DNA of 63,758 nucleotides, counting the filler, from Conidiobolus incongruus B7586 (taxonomy: Eukaryota), in the NCBI GenBank assembly GCA_000697335.1. It is 7 parts of 7 records of this genome, joined end to end, with 100 filler letters (N's around TTAATTAATTAA, not from the genome) between each part and the next. Parts side by side here need not be neighbours in the genome. Positions count along the whole stretch, not along the records: positions 51,186 to 58,921 come from JNEM01006984.1; positions 59,022 to 60,503 come from JNEM01006992.1; positions 60,604 to 61,738 come from JNEM01007025.1; positions 61,839 to 63,758 come from JNEM01007027.1; 3 more parts are not named here. One strand, written 5' to 3'. Each line of letters opens with the position of its first letter. Positions within the stretch are counted from its first letter, which is position 1. Position numbers and translations under genes: made by a program. Below are positions 54,170 through 63,758 of the stretch, one piece after another. Below the pieces are notes generated by a model, which did no database searches, had not been told where the DNA came from, and saw nothing but the letters and a program-made list of their open reading frames with translations.

Positions 54170-55843
54170 GATTTTAGCCACCTGTGTTGATTTAGCGAGA
54201 TTTATCACAAACATAATCAGATTCCATCTCCTTAATAATTTGCTTCACTTCTTCCGCGAACATCTTGGCACATCTAGTTCTCATTAAATTACCTTTCATT
54301 GTGACTGGTAGTCGCTTCTTAGAGTTTAGAGGCAAATAGTATATCATTTTATCACAAATACGAGAGTACGAAGGAGCGGATTCGTTCGCAGTTTAACATA
54401 ATTCTTGATGGATGCAATTACACTTGATAAGGAAGCTGACAGAACTTCATTGAGACCCAATTGAACCAATAGAGTGTTCATCATTTGACCAGTTCCTAGA
54501 ATTGCACATTTGTCGACAAATGGACAATAATTGATTGTATATTCCATTCGAATTGGGTTAGTTTTCAACCCGTTTGCGTGAACTATAGTGTCATCGATCC
54601 TTGAAAGATAAACCAATGAGAGAGGATTTTGGCTGATAACTTGGAATAAATCTTTAGTAGGATAGTTTCCTACTTCATCTCTATCTTGAACATATGCAAA
54701 CCAAGCATCATCTTTCAGAACAACTAATTCAACTAGGCCATCTCTCCAATCTTTAAGCTTATATTGCAATCCATCAACTGGGGTAAAGGATACTAAATGT
54801 TCGCTATTTCTATCTGGCATACATTTCAATAGCATTCCACATTCAGTAGAGCCAAAGAACGAAATTGGTATGATTCCATTATCCATTAATGATTGAATCA
54901 TCTTCTTGGGCATATGGGTATCATCATAACCCATAATTTCAACCTGTTTCAAAATATCCCATCCTTATGTTTGAAGCGAATGGCCACAATATTCAATGAG
55001 TTCTTTGGCTATCTCTGGTGCAGTAAATAGACCTTTCGGAGTTAATTGTTGAATCAAACCTATCATCATCTTTGCAGAATAATGATTTCCTGGACTAGTG
55101 TCTGGAGATAGGATCTTATATTTCATATAATATATACCAGATAAAACTACCACATTTATCCCAGAAGAATGCATTAGATGAAGGCAGAAAAGTCCTTTAC
55201 GGTCCAAGGGTGCTTCCAGAATTCTTATTTTATATCCAGTGTTGAAACATACACAATTCGATAGAGCAACTAATTTTGGATATGATATAGAGCCAGAGGA
55301 ATGGAGAGTGAGAGCTACATTACTGAGTTCCTTAGCTTAGGATTCGAGAGGAATTAAGTGCTGATATTCAGTAGGAGAGAGGCACAATGGGAACTCAGCA
55401 ATCCATTTGGGAACCAATATCAATTCAGGGATCTCGTTTTGAATTTCTTGGGCCATATCTTTAAATTGATCTTGGTAGATGAGGGCCCGAAAATTGGATC
55501 CCTTTAACAAATGAATGATTGCTTTAATGGTGTTAAAAGGTGTCAGGAGTACAAGTGCAACATTTATGCTCATTAGACCCATTAGATTCCATAAATATTG
55601 AGAATCAGAATGGGATAATAGACCAACATTTTTACTGTTTGAAAAGTCCGCTTTACCCAATTGTTCATAAAAGTATTTGGCAGAATTGGATGTAACACAA
55701 TAGAATTGCTCATAGCTAATATCGATGTATTTCCCGGTAGGATTAATGGAAATCGCGGGATATTTTACATTTTTTCCCGAGATAGTGTTCTCTTTCACTA
55801 AGTCCACAAATCATCCAGTAGATGAAAATTTGACAGATTCCAT
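54170..55843 (-). pseudogene. NRPS-like / acyl-CoA-synthetase adenylation-domain pseudogene
   Basis: Motifs LHSSGSISYPK (A3), FFGSTECG (A5), YPTKDLF (A7), SRIDDTIVHANGLKTNP (A8) and LPVTMKGN (A10). In-frame stops near 55811, 55337 and 54965, and a frameshift near 54370. Confidence 0.85.
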
Positions 55844-58565
55844 AAATGTATAAGTATAAATTTAAATATTTCTGATTACCAATACAAAAATCTCAAGGTC
55901 TTTTATACTAATCAATCTACACTATACTTTACCTTAATGCATATTTGAAGTTATTCGGCTCAAAATTTAGTTTCAAAAATGAATTCAGGTAAATATAGTG
56001 TCCTTTGATTCGATATTAAAAATATTTTATAACTTGGATTGTGAAATACTAACTAATGCTAAATCTTGTTTAATTAAATACTAAACAAGCGATTGCAATT
56101 GCAATTTTCGAGATATTTTATATTATTAATTACTGTAGAATATTAAATCCGAATATTAAATATTTTATTATTATTATTTGTTGTAAAACTCCGTTGTTTA
56201 CAGTTTCAAAGTTTCAGGGTGGTGAAAATCAACATTGAGATTAGTGTAGTGTAAAGTCATTTTATCAAAATTAAACATTGTCAAATTTTGTTGTGAATTT
56301 GATTGAAAGTAAATATAAAAACTAAAGGATGCTTTTTTATTGTTAAAAATAAAAAATGGTTATATATTACAGATACACACAGCTAGAATATCAGATGCTT
56401 TTATCAACATATCATTTATAAACATAAATATGCTTAACTGTACGACTCATAAATACAACATTATTATTATTATTATTTATTATAAATATTTAATTTTATT
56501 TATCAGTTAAATAATAACTCTTTCAATAAATAAAACTAGTATAAATCCTGGTAACCAATGAATAAAGATTAAATAATTAAATATCCACATATTATATGTT
56601 TAATTTAATTTTTTAAAAAAATAATAATTATAAATTCTTTTATTATACAATAGCTAAATAATAATATAAATATACTTTGATGAATATTTAATATAATTAA
56701 ATCTATAATTAATATGTTTAATATATTAATAATAAACTAGATGAAAAATAAGGTTAAATATAATTAAAATATATATATACAAATATATATAATAAGCTTA
56801 AATAATACAAAATATAATTAATAAAACTTTTTATTAATTGCTGGAAAATAAATAAAAATAAAATATAAAAATTTATTAAAGTTAATGAAAAAAGTATTTT
56901 TTTTCATAAATATATATTATAATATTTTTTCATATTAATAATCAAATAAATAATATCAATAATTGTTATAAATTAGTAAATATGGAATATATTCAAATAA
57001 ATAAAATATCATTATATAAATAAAAACTAATTTATGTTATTTATATAAATAATTATAGGTAAAGAATATAATAAAATAGATATTCTAATATCTTTATAAT
57101 AATAAATTAAATAAACCAAACTAGATAAAAAAAATGAAAAACTAATAAAATATATAAATATTTATATAGTCAATATTAAGTCTTTTGATAATTAATTTAT
57201 ATTATCTATTTATTAATACTTAATATTAAATTCTTTTTTATATTAACTTTTATTTCAATAAATTGTTTTTTTAATATACTCCTTATTAATATCAATTAAT
57301 AATAATAAATGAAAATATTTATTAAATATAATATTAACTTTTATATTATTTTTAATTTTATTATTTTAATTATAATTATATTTTTAAATTATTTATTATA
57401 TTTTATATTAAATTTTCTAAATAAAGATCATTATTAGAAAATTATTGGTAATATAATCTAGTAAAATATTAATTAATTTTATTTTTTAATATATCCGGCT
57501 TGTATTTTTTAAAACTTAATATTGAAATATCATAGTATATTAACCAGAAAATTTAAATAATTGATCTATTGAGTAATATAAGGTTTGGTTAAAATCTAAC
57601 AAAAAGTATTTTTTTATAATTATAGATTGACTAAGCAAGCTTAAATTAGAAATAATATTGGTTTAATTATTGAATCAAAATGGATAATTAATATTAAAGT
57701 ATAACAGGTTATATTTAATATAAATAATAAGAACTTTTATTTATATTAATATTGAAATTTTATTGAATATAAAAATATTTTAATATATATATATTAAATT
57801 AAAAAATATTTGTAATAAAATAATCTATTGTTGTGTTTTATATTAAGTTTTATAAATAAAGATCGTAGTTAGAAAAGTACTCAAAATATGATTTAGTAAA
57901 TTATTTATTAATCCTGCTCTTTAACGTATCGGGACTGTAGGTTTGAAAACTTACTGTTGAGGCGTCGTAGCAGAATATCCAAAAGAAAAAAACTTCTTCT
58001 CTATCTTTATCACTGTTGGGTTTAAATAATTGAATCAATGAATGATATGGGACTTGGATAAAATCTAATAAAGAAAATAAAGAGAACAAAGAGTATCCTT
58101 CAATTATAGACTGACAAAGTCAGCTTAAAATAGAAATAATATTGGTTTAGCTATCAAACTGGAAGAGATGATTAATTTTGAAATACAACACTATCTTAAA
58201 TCTATATCTTTAAATTATAATAAAAATATATAATAAAACATTGATTGTGAAATAATAACTTTCAAATAAAATCCTTTAATAATAAAAAAACTGGAATATT
58301 TCTTAATTAATATAAAATATATATTCATGCATAATAATATGGTTTTTTGTCATAGATCAGATCACTTTGTCATCATCGTGACACTGTCAATCATATCTGC
58401 TTACCTTATCTTATCTCTTTTATCTACTTGATCTTATCTTGTCTAATTTTACCTCTGAACCCTCACCAACTTTTACATATAAAAATGGGAACCATTGCCA
58501 AATAAACAAGGACTTTTTCCCACACTGTTCACATTGAAACAACTTGTATACATTGCCCTGTTATA

Positions 58566-58576
58566 TGGTAGCAGCG
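58566..58576 (+). promoter_or_regulatory. Primer-binding site, probably tRNA-iMet
   Basis: TGGTAGCAGCG immediately after the LTR, complementary to a tRNA 3' end ...CGCUGCUACCA typical of eukaryotic initiator Met tRNAs. Confidence 0.75.
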
Positions 58577-58694
58577 AACACTTGATCCTCACACCGACGC
58601 TGAAAACATCGAGAACTTGAATCACCTTGAATCTAATTGCCTGCCAATATTTTAACTAACCAAAATCAATTTCCTCAACTTGATACCCGCGTAT

Positions 58695-58921
58695 ATGCAT
58701 AATACGTCAGCCATGGACATTGACGACGATAATGTCGTTCAATCAACTAGCAGTCAACACGAAACCCCAATACAGAAACTGTTTCGCGAAAAACTCCGTA
58801 ATTACAATGGACAACGATCTATTAACGCTCTTCAGGACTATGAAGACGCGTTGAACAACTATTTTAATGTAACCAACTACAGTGTAAAAGACAAATTATT
58901 AATAGCATCCCAGTTCCTTAC
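58695..58921 (+). CDS. Retrotransposon Gag N-terminus (partial)
   Basis: KLRNYNGQRSINALQDYEDALNNYF...KDKLLIASQFL resembles the gypsy capsid N-terminal pattern and lies just after the PBS. Confidence 0.65.
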
Positions 58922-59250
58922 NNNNNNNNNNNNNNNNNNNNNNNNNNNNNNNNNNNNNNNNNNNNTTAATTAATTAANNNNNNNNNNNNNNNNNNNNNNN
59001 NNNNNNNNNNNNNNNNNNNNNTATTGATTTTATTTGATTTTATTTGATTTAATTTTTTCATCAAAATTATATAATTAAATATTGAACTATAATTAAAATA
59101 AGTAAAAGACTAATTACTCTAATTTATTAATAATAATTAATTTTATAATTTTTAATATTAATTTCTATTATTAAATATAGTTATATAATTTTTCAATTAA
59201 TATTTTTTAAAATTAATTTAAACTATTAATTTAATTTTTATAATTAATAA

Positions 59251-60503
59251 TATTACTTTGCATTTTTAATAATGGGAATTTTTTGCGATTAAAAATAAAT
59301 AAACATTTGAGTATATGATATATAAAAATAAATATATAATATAAATTTAATAGTTTCCTTTATTATTAATAACTTTTTGCTATACTTTTGGCAAACTTCT
59401 AACACCTAAAAAACAGTTCTTTTTATTACAGACTGAAATTTGATGTTTCACAAACAAATTAAATTTTCTTGCAGAAATTTTCTTTCCTGCAAGCTGGTTT
59501 TTTAATTGCCTAAAGCAGTTATAATTATATAGGTTATAATCAAGGGAATATACTAGATGTGGTAGTTCTTTCCAGTTATTTTTATTTAGAAAGTTTTTTA
59601 TAGCTTTAGATTTATGTATTTTGCAATTATCATGCAAAATAATAGGTCTTCTCAAATTATATTAAGAACACCAATTAGAAATACTTTTATTTAAAAAAAC
59701 AATATATAGTTTACTATTAATTGATTTTCCTTTAGGAACTAAATAAGAATAGCATATACCATTATAATTTATTGTAATAATTAACATTCACTTATTAACA
59801 AAGTGTTTATTTAAAGGGATTTGTGGAGGGGGTTGATTTAGCTTAATCCAGCATCTTGATTTGAGTTTTGGTAAAGGATTATACATAGGGATCTAAGATT
59901 CATCAATTGTAATTATTTGCTGTAAAAGTCTAGGCTTCTGGTAATATTTCAATAAGATTTGTTTAGCAATAACTACTCTAGCTTTTTTTTAAGCTTTAGT
60001 TAAATTATAAGGTACCTATTTTATATTTTTATTTATTAATTTTAGTTTAAACTTTAAAATATATAAAATACTTATAAGACTAATATTAAAGTGCTTAGAT
60101 AATTCTTTAGCTGAAATAAAAAGGTGCTTTTCAATATATTTTTTCACTCTATTTACAATTGAAAGAGTGATAGTTGATGTTAGTCTTTTAGATTTTAGCA
60201 GGTTTTGAATAGTTTCTCTCCTAGCCTTAAAATAATTTACCCAGCAATAAATTGTTGATTTAGATAATGATTTATTACCAAAAGCTACTTGTAAATTTTA
60301 AATAATTTTAGAGGGTTTATGGTTAAGTTTTATTGATACCAAAATAAAAAACTTTTGATGATCATTATTTGGTTTAAGCATGATTAAATTAAATAACCAA
60401 TTTTAAAAAGTTGATTATTTAATCAAAAAAACTAATATATATATATATATATATATTAAAAATATATAATTTCCTATTAATTTTGTATATATTTATTTAT
60501 TTC
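59251..60503 (-). mobile_element. Mariner DD34D copy (least mutated), 5' end in gap
   Basis: ORF 59655-59380 reads RRPIILHDNCKIH...WKELPHLVYSLDYN. TIR tattactttgcatttttaataatgggaa. Confidence 0.9.
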
Positions 60504-60603
60504 NNNNNNNNNNNNNNNNNNNNNNNNNNNNNNNNNNNNNNNNNNNNTTAATTAATTAANNNNNNNNNNNNNNNNNNNNNNNNNNNNNNNNNNNNNNNNN
60601 NNN

Positions 60604-61738
60604 TTTAACTAATTTTAAAAATATTTAATTAAGTTAAAATTAAAAAATTAAAGAAATTACTTTATAACTAATATTTTATTATTTTTAAGCTATTTGGTAA
60701 TAATAGTTATAATATAATAAAAATTATTATTTTATTAGAAAATAATATTAGATTTGTTTAACCTTTATTATTCAATGGTTTTTTTTAATTTATTGTTTAA
60801 AATACTTTAATATATTTTAATATTGATTCCCCTACTAATTTTATAAAGATATCTTATATCTAAAGATAATAAATATCCTGATATAATAATTAACCTATAA
60901 TTATACTTTTAGGTAAAATTAATATAATGGTTATAAAATAGTTTTATATTTTTCCTAAAGTATTTAGTTTTTTTATTAAATTTACTAAAGTATTTTTTTA
61001 TTTCATTAAATTAAATAACCTTACTCTAATTAGTTTTAGTTTAATATTAATAATGATATTTAAATTCCCACCTAATTTTATAATGGGATTTTTTTAATTA
61101 AAGATTTTTTTTCTTAAGATATAAGTGGTATTTATGTTAATATAAAGTATATATAATAATATTAATATTAACTAATATTCTTATATAGTCTTATAGTTTC
61201 TGTTATATTTCTATAATAGTATTATATTTACTTATATTAACCAACTTACAGATATACTTCTTATTATGTTTATTTATGATTTTAACATATTTAAGTTTAA
61301 GTTTAAATATGTTTTTATTGCTATTCTTAATAACTTTAACTATAGTAAATTAACTAATACTAGTAACACTAATAATATTATAAGTTAATTTATTTTATTT
61401 ATAAAGTTAATTAATATATAAGTAGATTTTTTTAGAGAGGGATTTAAGTATAATGTTATTAATAAAAAAATTTAATATATCTATAAAATATTATATAAAA
61501 TAATAACAAAGAGAGAAAAAAAAATATGATTATATATTATTAAATATATCCCCTTATCTTAAAAACCTATAAATTTATAACTTACTTTAGTTAAATATTA
61601 AGGGTTAATATTTTTGCTAATAATTTACTAAATATATCTAAATATATTTATTGATTATCAAATAATATATTTTAATTATATATTATAGTTTCAAATAATC
61701 TAATATATATAATTGTTTTAGTTATTTATCAAAATATA
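60604..61738 (-). mobile_element. Tc1 copy between two gaps
   Basis: Colinear with ~48760-49890. Confidence 0.85.
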
Positions 61739-62100
61739 NNNNNNNNNNNNNNNNNNNNNNNNNNNNNNNNNNNNNNNNNNNNTTAATTAATTAANNNNNN
61801 NNNNNNNNNNNNNNNNNNNNNNNNNNNNNNNNNNNNNNATTAAAAATAATAATAATTTATATTTAATATATTTAAATCAAATAATTTTCAAAATATTTAA
61901 TTCAAATAGATATTAATTTATAGTATATACTTTTTATAATTATTTTTAATATAAATAATTAATTATAATTTAATTGGAATTTTAATATTATTTTCAATGT
62001 TTTTAAATTATTATTATATTTTAATAATATTATATATTTAAAAATGGATTGTTAATATATTAATTTGAATCAGATTTAAAATAATAAAAAAATAAGGTTT

Positions 62101-62206
62101 TATTACCCTGAATTTAAAATAATGGGAAATTTTTTAATTTCTGATTTTTCAAACATATTATTAGTTTGAAATGAATAAATATATACAAAGTTAATAGGAA
62201 ATTATA

Positions 62207-62237
<31 letters not shown>

Positions 62238-63420
62238 TAGTTTTTTTGATTAAAAAATTAACTTTTTAAAATTGGTTGTTTAATTTAATCATGCTTAAAC
62301 CAAATAGTAATCATCAAAAGTCTTTTATTTTGGTATCAGTAAAACTTAACCATAAACCCTCTAAAATTATTTAAAATTTACAAGCAGCTTTTGGTAATAA
62401 AGTATTATCTAAATCAACAATTTATCACTAGGTAAATTACTTTAAGGCTAGGAGAGAAACTATTTAAAACCTGCTAAAATCTAAAAAACCAATTTTAACT
62501 GTTACTCTTTTAATTGTAAATAGAGTGAAAAAATATATTGAAAAGTACCTTTTTATTTTAGTTAGAGGATTATCTAAGCACTTTAATATTAGTTTTACAA
62601 GTATTTTATATATTTTAAAGTTTAAACTAAAATTAATAAATAAAAATGTAAAATAGGTACCTTATAATTTAACTAAAGCTTAAAAAAAGCTAGAGTAGCT
62701 ATTGCTAAACAAAACCTATTAAAATATTACCAGAAGCTTAAACTTTTACAGTGAATAATTACAATTGATGAATCTTAGATCTCTATGTATAATCCTTTAC
62801 TAAAACACAAATCAAAATACTAGATTAAGCTAAATCAACCCCTTCCACAAATCCCTTTAAATAAGTATTTTGTTAATAAGTGAATATTAATTATTATAAT
62901 AGATTATAATAGTATATGCTATTCTTATTTAGTTCCTGAAGGAAAATCAATTAATAATAAACTATATATTGTTTTTTTAAATAAAAGTATTTCTAATTGG
63001 TGTTCTTAAAATAATTTGAGAAGACTTATTATTTTGCATAATAATTGCAAAATACATAAATCTAAAGCTGTAAAAAACTTTCTAATTAAAAATAACTGGA
63101 AAAAACTACCACATCCAGTATATTCCCTTGATTATAACCTATGTGATTATAATTGCTTTAGGCAATTAAAAAACCAGCTTGCAGGAAAGTAAATTTTTAC
63201 AGGAAAATTTAATTGGTTTGTGAAACATCAAATTTCAATCATTAATAAAAAGAATTGTTTTTTAGGTGTTAGAAGTTTGTTAAAAGTATAGCAAAAAGTT
63301 ATTAATAATAAAAGAAACTATTAAATTTATATTATATATTTATTTTTATATATTATATATTCAAATGTTTATTTATTTTTAATCACAAAAAATTCCCATT
63401 ATTAAAAATTCAGAGTAATA
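62101..63420 (+). mobile_element. Full-length mariner DD34D copy (1320 bp including TA TSDs), dead
   Basis: TIRs TA-TTACCCTGAATTTAAAATAATGGGAA and TTCCCATTATTAAAAATTCAGAGTAA-TA. Motifs IITIDES* and WKKLPHPVYSLDYNLCDY. Confidence 0.9.
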
Positions 63421-63758
63421 TTATTATAATGATTTTAATTTGATCTTATTAATTTTAATTTATATATGATAGAATATATTATAGTTATATTATTTTATTA
63501 ATTTATCTAAATAATATATAACAGGAAAATATATAATTTAATTTATAATATAGATATTTAATGAACTAAACATTATATTCCTGTTTTTGTTTATTATCTG
63601 AATTAATATTTAATTATTAACTATGTTTAAAATCCTGAAAATTTTGATTTTATTAAATAATTAACTATAATTAATATTTATTAAAGTTTTATTTATCTTT
63701 TAAAAAATTATAATTCTTATTACTATAATTAATTTATAAATTTCATATTATTATAGAT

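Larger units (their letters stand above)
58348..58921 (+). mobile_element. 5' end of an LTR retrotransposon (Ty3/gypsy-like): LTR 58348-58565, PBS, start of gag; runs into gap
   Basis: The LTR matches solo LTR 27130-27321 and is followed directly by TGGTAGCAGCG and a gag-like ORF. Confidence 0.85.

Noticed and set aside
57629..58190. Diverged ~80-bp direct repeat (gcttaaattagaaataatattggttta) about 480 bp apart around a GC-richer patch
   Set aside because: Too degenerate to assign. Probably a decayed TE or duplication.

Overview
Very AT-rich eukaryotic (fungal) scaffold. The compact genes have ~50-60 nt GT-AG introns, and the gene content and style suggest an early-diverging fungus such as a Conidiobolus-like entomophthoralean (inference only). 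Intact genes: TVP38-like Golgi protein, AKR7-like aldo-keto reductase, PSD2, a rhodopsin-like 7TM receptor, a Cys-rich 496-aa unknown, a MARVEL-like protein, CLC1, CCT2, a Zn2Cys6 transcription factor and DGA1. Three pseudogenes: cytochrome P450, fused tryptophan synthase and an NRPS-like adenylation enzyme. Many mobile elements: at least 7 mariner (DD34D) copies or remnants, about 5 IR/DR-type Tc1 (DD34E) copies, about 7 solo LTRs, and one LTR+PBS+gag start. The most striking signal is that the >1 kb DNA transposons are bleached by C->T and G->A transitions, while short solo LTRs keep normal GC. This resembles a RIP-like repeat-mutating defence outside Dikarya. Several LTRs end TG...TA instead of TG...CA. 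There are six 100-nt assembly gaps carrying an artificial TTAATTAATTAA linker.
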